Assembly: GCA_943788865.1 (NCBI GenBank)
Contig: CALSRX010000004.1
Location: 679,720-703,719, forward strand
Source: an uncultured Polaribacter sp.
Lineage (GTDB): Bacteria; Bacteroidota; Bacteroidia; Flavobacteriales; Flavobacteriaceae
Direction of reading: 5' to 3'
DNA length: 24,000 nt
The notes under the pieces were generated by a model. The model saw only the letters and a program-made list of their open reading frames with translations, searched no databases and had not been told where the DNA came from. A program made the translations under genes and the position numbers. This document shows, one piece after another, positions 15,494-23,080 of this stretch. The first letter of the stretch is position 1. Each line of letters starts with the position of its first letter.

Positions 15494-17353
15494 TTATCCT
15501 TTTAACCAAGCTTCTCTTAGTTTTACTTTAGGATTATCTGCAGGTAAATCTTCAATTACATAACCTTCTTGTTCAGCTTGAGGAACAATGGCAGTGCCTT
15601 CTAAAGTTATTGTTTTTCCGTCTCTAACAACTTCTAAGGTAATTGTATCTCCCGGTTTCCAAGCAAATGTTTTTACAATAATTGTGTTGGCAGATTGCAA
15701 TGTAAACTCTTCTCCATTTACCTTTTTTAATACATCATTTTCTTGAACACATAATGCTGCTAATCCACTATTCGTTTTCTTTAAAAAGTATATTTCACGG
15801 TTTTTATTTACACCAACAAAAGGTTGATTGCTGTTGTCAATAAAATATCTTGTATCAACAGTTTGTTTTTTCTTTACAATTCCTGTTTTGTTAAATAAAG
15901 CATCATAATCTATAGGTGTTTTTCCTTCAACATGATTTTTAAAGAATTCTCCAACAGCAGGATAGGTCATACTTACAATCTCAGCAATAATTTCATCATC
16001 TTTAAATGGTTTGTGTGAACCATATTTTTTAGATAAATCCAACATTAAGTTTCTAATACCATAGGCTCCTTTGCTTTCTTCCCTTAAAATAATATCTAAA
16101 GACATTCCGATTAAAGCGCCTTTTTGATATACATTTCCGTAGTTTCTTGCATATTTTGGTTCTAAAATATTTTTACTCATTTCTGTAAAAGGCATGGTGT
16201 CATCAAAACGAGAAGCCGCAGATATTTTGCTTTGCATTTCATTAATAAACGCTTGCTCTGTAATCAACCCTTGATTTACTTGAAATAAGTTTGCAAAATA
16301 CTCTGTTGTTCCTTCATACATCCATAAATGTTTTGACATTTTTGGAGTGTTGAAATCAAAGGAATGAATCTCTTCTGAATGTACAGAAAGCGGAGAAACA
16401 ATATGGAAAAACTCATGAGAAACCGTTCCATTAATCATTCCGTCTGACAATTGTTTTTTAGTATAGGTTTCAGGATATACAACAGTTGTAGAAGACAAAT
16501 GTTCTAAGGCTCCAAAACTACTCCACTTGTATACCTTAGGGTCAAACAAGTACAATAAAATATTGTATTCGTTTGTGGTTTTAAATCCTTTTAAGAAGTT
16601 AGATTGTGCCTGTACCATTTTCTTTAAATCAGCTTCCATGTCTTTTGCAGAATGCTTGCTGTTAGGAGAATATATGGCTAACGTTACTTCAATTCCGTCT
16701 ACATTAAAACTCACATTATTTAATGGAGCATACATAATCGGGTTGTCAGAAATTTCATCGTATCGAGAAGCAACAAATACATCTTTAGAATTGTCTGTTT
16801 TTGTTGTGTTTTTGTTAATTAATGAAGTTGTTTCATATAAATAGATTGGATGAGAAACGGTAATGGTATATGGGGTTTCTTTCTTATTTTTAAAATACCC
16901 AACAAAACCAGGAAGGTTTAATAAGAAGTTTTTACCTTCTTCAATATTGGTTCCGGCCATTACATAGATGCCGTGTTTCAATTCAGAATCAAAAGTGTCA
17001 TCAACCCAATAAGAAACTTTATCCATTTTTTTGGCATTGTTTACTTGCCAAGAATTGTCGTCTAATTTTTGAACTGGCATTTCTTTTCCGTCATAATCAT
17101 AAGCTTTAAAATCTGAAACAAATCTTCCATAATTACTCATTGCATAGGTTCCAGGAACAATAGCCGGAATTTGATATACAACTACTTCTTCTTTGATTTT
17201 TTGTGGATTTACACCTACTTGAACTTTGTCATCTACAACATTGTTTAAGTTGATGCCTACTTCAATTACATTCTTTTTGCTTCTAGCAATGTTTGAGGTA
17301 GCACAACTACCTAAAAAAGCGATGGTTATTATCGCTAATACTAATTTTTTCAT
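15494..17353 (-). CDS. Zinc metallopeptidase, M61-like (HEXXH) with PDZ-like C-terminal domain, lipoprotein
   Basis: 619 aa with lipobox AFLGSCATS. The HEXXH site is VSHEFFHIV, followed by WMYEGTTEYF (candidate third ligand Glu). The C-terminal ~90 aa (LKKVNGEEF...GDTITLEVVRDGK) look PDZ-like. The family call is from memory of M61 architecture. Confidence 0.85.
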   Translation of the reverse strand: MKKLVLAIITIAFLGSCATSNIARSKKNVIEVGINLNNVVDDKVQVGVNPQKIKEEVVVYQIPAIVPGTYAMSNYGRFVSDFKAYDYDGKEMPVQKLDDNSWQVNNAKKMDKVSYWVDDTFDSELKHGIYVMAGTNIEEGKNFLLNLPGFVGYFKNKKETPYTITVSHPIYLYETTSLINKNTTKTDNSKDVFVASRYDEISDNPIMYAPLNNVSFNVDGIEVTLAIYSPNSKHSAKDMEADLKKMVQAQSNFLKGFKTTNEYNILLYLFDPKVYKWSSFGALEHLSSTTVVYPETYTKKQLSDGMINGTVSHEFFHIVSPLSVHSEEIHSFDFNTPKMSKHLWMYEGTTEYFANLFQVNQGLITEQAFINEMQSKISAASRFDDTMPFTEMSKNILEPKYARNYGNVYQKGALIGMSLDIILREESKGAYGIRNLMLDLSKKYGSHKPFKDDEIIAEIVSMTYPAVGEFFKNHVEGKTPIDYDALFNKTGIVKKKQTVDTRYFIDNSNQPFVGVNKNREIYFLKKTNSGLAALCVQENDVLKKVNGEEFTLQSANTIIVKTFAWKPGDTITLEVVRDGKTITLEGTAIVPQAEQEGYVIEDLPADNPKVKLREAWLKG

Positions 17354-17369
17354 GTTTTTTAATTTTGAT

Positions 17370-17377
17370 CAAATATA
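17370..17377 (-). promoter_or_regulatory. Candidate -7 promoter box (TATATTTG on the minus strand) for the M61-like gene
   Basis: The + strand reads CAAATATA, which is TATATTTG on the minus strand. It lies 17 nt upstream of the minus-strand ATG at 17353. Confidence 0.4.
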
Positions 17378-17480
17378 CAAACAAGACTCTCATATATAAA
17401 AGTTGTTACCTTGGTTTAACAAAATTTTAGTTTTAAAATCGGAAACAAGTATAAAAATAGCAGAATCAGTTAAAAACTCG

Positions 17481-17488
17481 TATTTTTG
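17481..17488 (+). promoter_or_regulatory. Candidate -7 promoter box (TATTTTTG) for ygiQ, implying a very short or absent 5' UTR
   Basis: Fits TAnnTTTG and ends 6 nt before ATG 17495. This is one reason I prefer ATG 17495 over the TTG at 17486 used by the ORF track. Confidence 0.45.
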
Positions 17489-17494
17489 CAGCGC

Positions 17495-19453
17495 ATGAGT
17501 GAATTGAAATTAACAGATTGGTTACCAACTACAAACAAGGAGGTAAAATTAAAAGGATGGGATGAATTAGACGTCATTTTGTTTAGTGGTGATGCCTATG
17601 TAGATCATCCATCTTTTGGGCCAGCTGTGATTGGACGAATTTTAGAAAGTTACGGATTACGTGTTGCCATTGTACCACAACCAAATGTAAACGATAATTT
17701 ACAAGATTTTGAAAAATTAGGAAAACCTCGTTTGTTTTTTGCAGCAACTGGCGGTTGTATGGATCCAATGGTTTCTAATTATACCGCAAGTAAAAGAAGA
17801 CGAGATAAAGATGCATACACACCAAATGGAGATAAAGGTTTTAGACCCGATTATGCAACCTCTGTGTATTCTAAAATTTTAAAAGAAAAATTCCCTGAGG
17901 TTCCTGTTTTAATTGGCGGGATTGAAGCTTCATTAAGACGAGTAACACATTACGATTATTGGTCAGATAAACTATTGCCAACTATTTTAGAAACTTCTAA
18001 AGCTGATATGTTGGTGTATGGAATGGGAGAACAACCTTTACGAGAAATCGTTGAATTATTGCAAAAAGGCGTTCCGTTTTCTAGTTTAAAAAACATCAAA
18101 CAAACCGCCGTTTTAATCAATCAAAAAGAAGAAAAAATTCCGGTTGTAAACGATTGGGAAGATGTCACCATCAATTCTCATGAAGCCTGTTTGGCAGATA
18201 AAAAAACATTTGCATCTAACTTTAAAGTCATAGAGCAAGAATCAAACAAATTAAAAGCAAGAAGAATTTTTCAAGAAGTTGGAAAAAATACGTTGGTAAT
18301 TAATCCTCCTTTTCCAACAATGACAGAAGCAGAAATTGACAGCTCTTTTGACTTGCCTTATACGCGTTTACCCCATCCAAAATACAATAAGCGTGGGCCA
18401 ATTCCGGCGTTTGAAATGATCAAATTTTCGATTAATATTCACCGTGGTTGTTTTGGTGGATGCAGTTTCTGTACCATTTCTGCCCATCAAGGAAAATTTA
18501 TAGCAAGTAGAAGTCAAGAGTCTATTTTAAAAGAAGTAGACACGGTGGCAAACATGCCAGATTTTAAAGGGTATTTATCTGATATTGGCGGACCTTCGGC
18601 TAACATGTATCAGATGAAAGGAAAGATTCAATCTATCTGTGACAAATGTGTAGCTCCCTCTTGTATTTCGCCGGTGATTTGTAGTAATTTAGATACTTCA
18701 CACAAGCCATTAACGGAATTGTATCAGGCTGTTGATAAACATCCAAAGGTGAAAAAATCATTTATTGGAAGTGGAATCAGACATGACATGTTGGTGCCTG
18801 AATTCAATAAAAATGCAGACCCTAAAGAATTGGATGCGTACACAGAAGAAGTAATGACCAATCATGTTTCTGGTCGATTAAAAGTGGCGCCAGAGCATAC
18901 TTCTGATCCGGTGTTAAAATTGATGCGTAAACCATCATTTACCTATTTTCATAAGTTTAAAGAGCGTTTCGATAGAATTAATATCAAGAAGAAATTAAAC
19001 CTACAATTGATTCCGTATTTCATTTCTAGTCACCCAGCAAGTGAAGTAGAAGACATGGCAAACTTGGCAGCAGAAACCAAAGACATGGGTTTTCAGTTAG
19101 AGCAAGTACAAGGTTTTACACCAACTCCAATGACGGTTGCTACGGTAATTTATTATTCAGGATATCATCCGTATACTTTAAAACCAACCAAAACTCCGAA
19201 AACAAAAAAAGAACGAGAAGACCAACATCGTTTTTTCTTTTGGTATAAAAAAGAAAACAAAGATTGGATTCGAAATACTTTAAACAAAGTTGGTAGACAA
19301 GATTTGTTAAAAGTGTTGTTACCTGACAACAACTCTTGGAAGAAAAACAAAAAAGCGCAAGAGGCCAAAAATACGTTTGATGATGCCATCCCTTTTAACA
19401 GACGTAAAAAGAAAGTTTCTAGAGCTCCCCAAAAGAAGAAAACGAGGAGGTAG
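17495..19453 (+). CDS. ygiQ: YgiQ-family radical SAM protein (UPF0313)
   Basis: This is ORF-track 17486..19453 with the start moved to ATG 17495 (MSELKLTDWLPTT...). The radical-SAM cluster motif is HRGCFGGCSFCTISAHQG (CxxxCxxC). The N-terminal domain DVILFSGDAYVDHPSFG is typical of YgiQ. The C-terminal tail is strongly basic (RRKKKVSRAPQKKKTRR). Confidence 0.9.
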   Translation: MSELKLTDWLPTTNKEVKLKGWDELDVILFSGDAYVDHPSFGPAVIGRILESYGLRVAIVPQPNVNDNLQDFEKLGKPRLFFAATGGCMDPMVSNYTASKRRRDKDAYTPNGDKGFRPDYATSVYSKILKEKFPEVPVLIGGIEASLRRVTHYDYWSDKLLPTILETSKADMLVYGMGEQPLREIVELLQKGVPFSSLKNIKQTAVLINQKEEKIPVVNDWEDVTINSHEACLADKKTFASNFKVIEQESNKLKARRIFQEVGKNTLVINPPFPTMTEAEIDSSFDLPYTRLPHPKYNKRGPIPAFEMIKFSINIHRGCFGGCSFCTISAHQGKFIASRSQESILKEVDTVANMPDFKGYLSDIGGPSANMYQMKGKIQSICDKCVAPSCISPVICSNLDTSHKPLTELYQAVDKHPKVKKSFIGSGIRHDMLVPEFNKNADPKELDAYTEEVMTNHVSGRLKVAPEHTSDPVLKLMRKPSFTYFHKFKERFDRINIKKKLNLQLIPYFISSHPASEVEDMANLAAETKDMGFQLEQVQGFTPTPMTVATVIYYSGYHPYTLKPTKTPKTKKEREDQHRFFFWYKKENKDWIRNTLNKVGRQDLLKVLLPDNNSWKKNKKAQEAKNTFDDAIPFNRRKKKVSRAPQKKKTRR

Positions 19454-19463
19454 TTTTTTAAGT

Positions 19464-19600
19464 TTCGCTAACGTGTTTGTATATGAAAAGTAGCGCCATT
19501 ATACGGCACTATCTTTTCAGCTAGCGTAAACATATTAAAAAAGCGCAAGCTTTAATGACTTGCGCTTAACAAGCTATTTTTTATATACATTGTTAGCTAC
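19464..19600. repeat. Foldback element L (137 nt): imperfect palindrome with GCTAAC/GTTAGC outer box and GTATAT/ATATAC inner box
   Basis: The left arm is TTCGCTAAC-GTGTTT-GTATAT-GAAAAG-TAGC (19464-19494). The right arm is GCTA-TTTTTT-ATATAC-ATT-GTTAGCTAC (19573-19600). Paired blocks are 6+6+4 bp plus an A/T run, with unequal spacers (6 vs 3 nt). The 78-nt centre contains its own hairpins. Confidence 0.6.
19535..19567 (-). terminator. Rho-independent terminator for the minus-strand lipoprotein gene, nested in the centre of foldback L
   Basis: The minus strand reads AAGCGCAAG-TCATTAAAG-CTTGCGCTT-TTTTAATATG, a 9-bp stem (19541-19549 / 19559-19567) followed directly by a T run. In the + strand reading the T run is displaced by about 10 nt, so it is a weaker terminator for ygiQ. 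Confidence 0.7.
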
Positions 19601-19605
19601 TGGCT

Positions 19606-19620
19606 ATTATTATTATTATT
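19606..19620. repeat. (ATT)5 trinucleotide microsatellite
   Basis: Five perfect ATT units lie between foldback L and the stop codon (19631-19633) of the lipoprotein gene. Confidence 0.9.
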
Positions 19621-19630
19621 TACGCTTTTG

Positions 19631-20050
19631 TTAATCACAACCAGAGCTTAATCGAACTAAACTATATCCTGGTGTTTCAAAATATGCTTCCCCACCATTA
19701 CATTTGAATACAATTGGAGTAACTAATTCATGTCCAAAATTCAAATCAACAGTTAGCACATCGTTTTCAAATGTATATTCATTTGTTCCTGGGATGGCGT
19801 TAGAATCTCCTGCTGCAAATGATTCATATTGTGATGCGCAATCATCACCAATACAATAATAAGTATATCTAATTCCATTTTCAAAAATGTACATTGTATT
19901 TGAGATACCTTGATCACTTATTCCAGGTGTGTCGGACGGGAATAACCATTTACCTTCAATATCATATACTATAGGTGTTTCGGCCGAATCATCTTCTTCG
20001 CAGCTCACAAAACTTAATATGAGTGCACTGAGCAATAAAATTTTTTTCAT
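19631..20050 (-). CDS. Small Cys-rich lipocalin-like lipoprotein, hypothetical
   Basis: 139 aa with lipobox LSFVSCEEDD. A GKW motif follows soon after the signal, as in lipocalin-like domains of Bacteroidota. There are four further Cys residues (YYCIGDDCAS, FKCNGG, SSGCD). It is flanked by unusually long spacers (177 and 287 nt). Confidence 0.8.
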   Translation of the reverse strand: MKKILLLSALILSFVSCEEDDSAETPIVYDIEGKWLFPSDTPGISDQGISNTMYIFENGIRYTYYCIGDDCASQYESFAAGDSNAIPGTNEYTFENDVLTVDLNFGHELVTPIVFKCNGGEAYFETPGYSLVRLSSGCD

Positions 20051-20156
20051 AAGTAAAATATTAGATTATTTTTTATAAAACATTTAACAACATAAAATTC
20101 CTACCTGTTTGTTTAGTTATTTAGTAAAAAACCTCATTTGTTGCTTTTTTTTGCTT

Positions 20157-20215
20157 GTAGCTAACTGCATTTTGATATGAATCCGTTTTAATGATTTATA
20201 TCAGCAGTTAGCGAA
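20157..20215. repeat. Foldback element R (59 nt): imperfect palindrome related to element L
   Basis: GTA-GCTAACTGC-ATTT-TGATAT-GAATC-cgttttaat-GATTT-ATATCA-GCAGTTAGC-GAA. Stems are 9+6+5 bp (one G.T) with a one-sided 4-nt ATTT bulge and a 9-nt loop. It shares the GCTAAC/GTTAGC box and an xxATAT inner box with element L. Confidence 0.65.
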
Positions 20216-20337
20216 GTTATATTTTTTTGAGTTTAGAAACAAAATAAATATAGTTCTCAGAAATATTAAGAAGGTAAAAGATTCTTATTTGTGAATTATT
20301 CTTACTTTTAGGATTGATTATTTAAATAACCAATCTA

Positions 20338-22857
20338 ATGAAACTTACCAAACCTATTTTTTTACTGTTTTTTATTTTATTAATTACTAGCGCAACACAA
20401 GCACAAGATTATTTTTTTAAAGACAAAGCGCCTTTTAATAAAACCATACCAACTCCAGAAGAATTTTTGGGGTATCCTATTGGAGAGCAACACACACGTC
20501 ACGATCAAATAGTAGCCTATTTTTATAAACTTGCGGAGGTTTCTGATAGAGCTACGATAGAAGTATACGGAAAAACACATGAAAACAGAAAATTGGTGAT
20601 GCTCACCATTTCTACCAAAGAAAATCTATCAAATTTAGCCTCTTTAAAAGAAAAACATTTACAATTTGTAAACCCGAGTTTGAGTCCAAAAAACTATGAT
20701 GAAGTCCCAATTTTTATTCAATTAGGATACAATGTACACGGAAACGAACCATCAAGTTCAGAAGCAGCTTTATTAACTGCGTATACATTAGTGGCTTCAA
20801 ACAATGCAGAGGTAACCAATTATTTGAATAAGTCGGTCATTTTTATCGACCCAACCATAAATCCAGACGGAAGAGATAGACACACACAATGGGCAAATCA
20901 ATACAAAGCGAAAGCATTGGTTTCAGACAATACAGATGCAGAACACAACGAAGCTTGGCCAGGAGGTAGAACAAATCATTATTGGTTCGATTTAAATAGA
21001 GATTGGTTGTTGGGTGTGCATCCAGAGAGTCAAGGTAAATTAAAATGGATGCACAATTGGTATCCAAATGTGGTTACAGACTTCCATGAAATGGGCACCA
21101 ATAGCAATCACTTTTTTGAGCCAATGAAACCTATTGGTTCTTTAGATCCAATCATGCCAAAAGAAAATTACGAGGATTTAAATAATTTATTTGCAAAGTA
21201 TTTTTCAAGTGCTCTAGACAAAATAGGGTCTTTTTATTACACCAAAGAATCGTTTGACGGAACCTATCCTGGGTATGGTTCTTCGTATCCAGATTTACAA
21301 GGTGGTTTGGCATTGTTATTTGAGCAGGCAAGTTCTCGCGGACATGTACAAGATACAGATTTCGGGAAGATTACTTTTGCATTTACCATTAGAAACCAAT
21401 TCACCTCTGGTTTTGCAACCCTAAAAGCAGCAGTAGAAAATAAAGCCTACTTAAGAAAATACCAGCAAACATTTTTCAAATCAGCCATGACTCAAAAAGC
21501 AGCAACAGGTTTTGCTGGATATGAATTTGGAGACGCGTATGATATGAATCGTAATAAAGCCTTTGTTGAGCAATTGTTATCACATAAAATTAAGGTATAT
21601 AAAAACGGAGATAAGTTTGTGGTTCCTCTAAAACAGCCACAGCATAGAATGGTGCAAACCATGTTTGAAACCTATTCTAAATATAGAGACAGTGTGTATT
21701 ACGATGCATCGGCTTGGAGTGTTGCTAATTTTTACAACATGAACTACAAAGGATTGAAATCTGTTAAATTAGGAACGGAAATTACATCCGCAGAAAACCT
21801 TGTAAACAACGCAAAAATTCAAAGAGCTAGTTACGCCTACATTATAGATTGGGATGATTACAATACGCCAGCAGCCTTATATTATATGCAAGCTAAAGGA
21901 TTAACAGTGTCATCTGCATTCAAGCCTTTTACAATCAATACCTCAGGAGGAAAGAAAAGTTTCAACTACGGTAGTTTGTTAATTCCGATTAGCAAACAGA
22001 AAAAATCGAGTGCAGAAGTATATCAAATTGTTTCAGATGCACAGGCAAAATACAATGTGCCAATTTTCGGAACAAACAGTGGGTATAGCATCAAAGGAAT
22101 CGATTTAGGATCTAATAATTTTAGAGCATTGAGCAAACCTAAAGTAGCCATGTTAATTGGCGAAGGTGTTAGTTCTTCAGAGGCAGGAGAAGTATGGCAT
22201 TTGTTAGATACAAGAGTAGATATGCCAATTACTAAAATTAGAATGAATAGTTTTGGAAGAGCAAACCTTGATAAGTACAATACACTGGTTTTAGTTTCTG
22301 GGGGTTATGCCGATTTAGATTCTGTTAAAAGAGAAAAACTAAAAAACTGGATTTCTAAAGGAAACACGATTGTTACCATCGCTAGAGGTTCTAAATGGAT
22401 GATTGATAAAAAAATGGTGAAAGAAAGCTTAACAAAAAAACCGAAGTCAAAAGAAAAAGAAGCAACCAAAAGATTGCCCTATGTAGATGCTGGTGAATAT
22501 GCAGGAAGAGATCGAGTAGGAGGCATCATTTTAGAAGTAGATTTAGATGTAACACATCCTTTAGGGTTTGGATATCGTTCTGCTAAAATGCCTGTTTATA
22601 AAAATAATATGGTGTTTTTAGCACCGAGTAAAAACCCGTATGTAACTGTTGCAAAATATTCTGAAAGTCCACATATCGATGGATACATCACAAAAAAGAA
22701 TTTAGACACCTATATAAAACCTTCTGCGTCGTTAATTGTGAGTACGATTGGTAGAGGGAGAGCAGTGCTATTTGCAGACAATCCAAATTTTAGAGGCGCT
22801 TGGTACGGAACCAATAAATTGTTTTTAAATGCACTCTTTTTCGGGAATAAATTTTAA
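20338..22857 (+). CDS. M14 family zinc carboxypeptidase with large C-terminal extension, secreted
   Basis: 839 aa with signal peptide LITSATQAQD. The zinc ligand motif is YNVHGNEPSS (HxxE), with the later His in TDFHEMG. The roughly 380 aa C-terminal region resembles the amidotransferase-like domain seen in long flavobacterial M14 proteins (from memory). Confidence 0.9.
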   Translation: MKLTKPIFLLFFILLITSATQAQDYFFKDKAPFNKTIPTPEEFLGYPIGEQHTRHDQIVAYFYKLAEVSDRATIEVYGKTHENRKLVMLTISTKENLSNLASLKEKHLQFVNPSLSPKNYDEVPIFIQLGYNVHGNEPSSSEAALLTAYTLVASNNAEVTNYLNKSVIFIDPTINPDGRDRHTQWANQYKAKALVSDNTDAEHNEAWPGGRTNHYWFDLNRDWLLGVHPESQGKLKWMHNWYPNVVTDFHEMGTNSNHFFEPMKPIGSLDPIMPKENYEDLNNLFAKYFSSALDKIGSFYYTKESFDGTYPGYGSSYPDLQGGLALLFEQASSRGHVQDTDFGKITFAFTIRNQFTSGFATLKAAVENKAYLRKYQQTFFKSAMTQKAATGFAGYEFGDAYDMNRNKAFVEQLLSHKIKVYKNGDKFVVPLKQPQHRMVQTMFETYSKYRDSVYYDASAWSVANFYNMNYKGLKSVKLGTEITSAENLVNNAKIQRASYAYIIDWDDYNTPAALYYMQAKGLTVSSAFKPFTINTSGGKKSFNYGSLLIPISKQKKSSAEVYQIVSDAQAKYNVPIFGTNSGYSIKGIDLGSNNFRALSKPKVAMLIGEGVSSSEAGEVWHLLDTRVDMPITKIRMNSFGRANLDKYNTLVLVSGGYADLDSVKREKLKNWISKGNTIVTIARGSKWMIDKKMVKESLTKKPKSKEKEATKRLPYVDAGEYAGRDRVGGIILEVDLDVTHPLGFGYRSAKMPVYKNNMVFLAPSKNPYVTVAKYSESPHIDGYITKKNLDTYIKPSASLIVSTIGRGRAVLFADNPNFRGAWYGTNKLFLNALFFGNKF

Positions 22858-22899
22858 TATCAACCTTTTATGTATTTTTAAGCAAAAAAGTTTGAATAA

Positions 22900-23017
22900 T
22901 GTCAGTTCGAGTGATTTTTTGAAAAAAAATTGTATCGAGAACTAATTAATAAAGTAAAATTCTTATTCTCGATACAAATTTCACCCATTTCAATTGTGAA
23001 ATTCACTCGAATTGACA
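22900..23017 (+). repeat. 118-nt three-stem structured intergenic element (candidate ncRNA or REP/MITE-like palindrome)
   Basis: Outer stem: TGTCAGTTCGAGTGA (22900-22914) pairs with TCACTCGAATTGACA (23003-23017), 15 bp with one G.T that is only tolerable as G.U on the + strand. Inner stem 1: TTGTATCGAGAA (22930-22941) with TTCTCGATACAA (22966-22977), a perfect 12 bp. Inner stem 2: ATTTCAC (22978-22984) with GTGAAAT (22996-23002). A T6-G-A8 tract lies at 22915-22929. Confidence 0.5.
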
Positions 23018-23080
23018 GAATTTAATCAAAATAAAGACTAAAATTTTTTAAAAAAAACTAACCAAAATATCATTAAAAAG

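Larger units (their letters stand above)
19472..20164 (-). mobile_element. Putative single-ORF cassette (lipoprotein gene plus its downstream foldback) inserted into a resident foldback; attC-like, no recombinase in the window
   Basis: This call rests on the reciprocal swap of the 3-nt tips of foldbacks L and R (see findings). The boundaries assume crossover at G/TT of the core on the coding (minus) strand. The alternative reading gives 19593-20207. This is a hypothesis and not a recognised element. Confidence 0.3.

Noticed and set aside
19606-19620. (ATT)5 microsatellite as a phase-variation switch
   Set aside because: It is intergenic and downstream of the stop codon, so a length change would not alter a reading frame or a promoter spacer. 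I kept it only as a descriptive repeat.
19464-20215. Nested inverted repeats interpreted as an invertible (phase-variable) segment
   Set aside because: I worked out the product of an inversion between the GTTAGC/GCTAAC cores. It gives tip order X..Y'..X..Y', not the observed X..Y'..Y..X'. The observed order fits insertion and not inversion.
22900-23017. Three-stem element as a third attC-like site, a tRNA or a CRISPR repeat
   Set aside because: It lacks the AAC(left)/GTT(right) box arrangement and the GCTAAC core. It has no cloverleaf proportions or conserved tRNA bases. It occurs once with no spacer-repeat periodicity.
23057-23075. CTAAC-CAAA-ATATCA-TTAAAA, which resembles pieces of the foldback arms (shares ATCATTAAAA with element R)
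   Set aside because: No partner arm (GTTAG) lies within 150 nt, and the box order is inconsistent with the L/R elements. It is most likely AT-rich coincidence just upstream of the amidohydrolase start.
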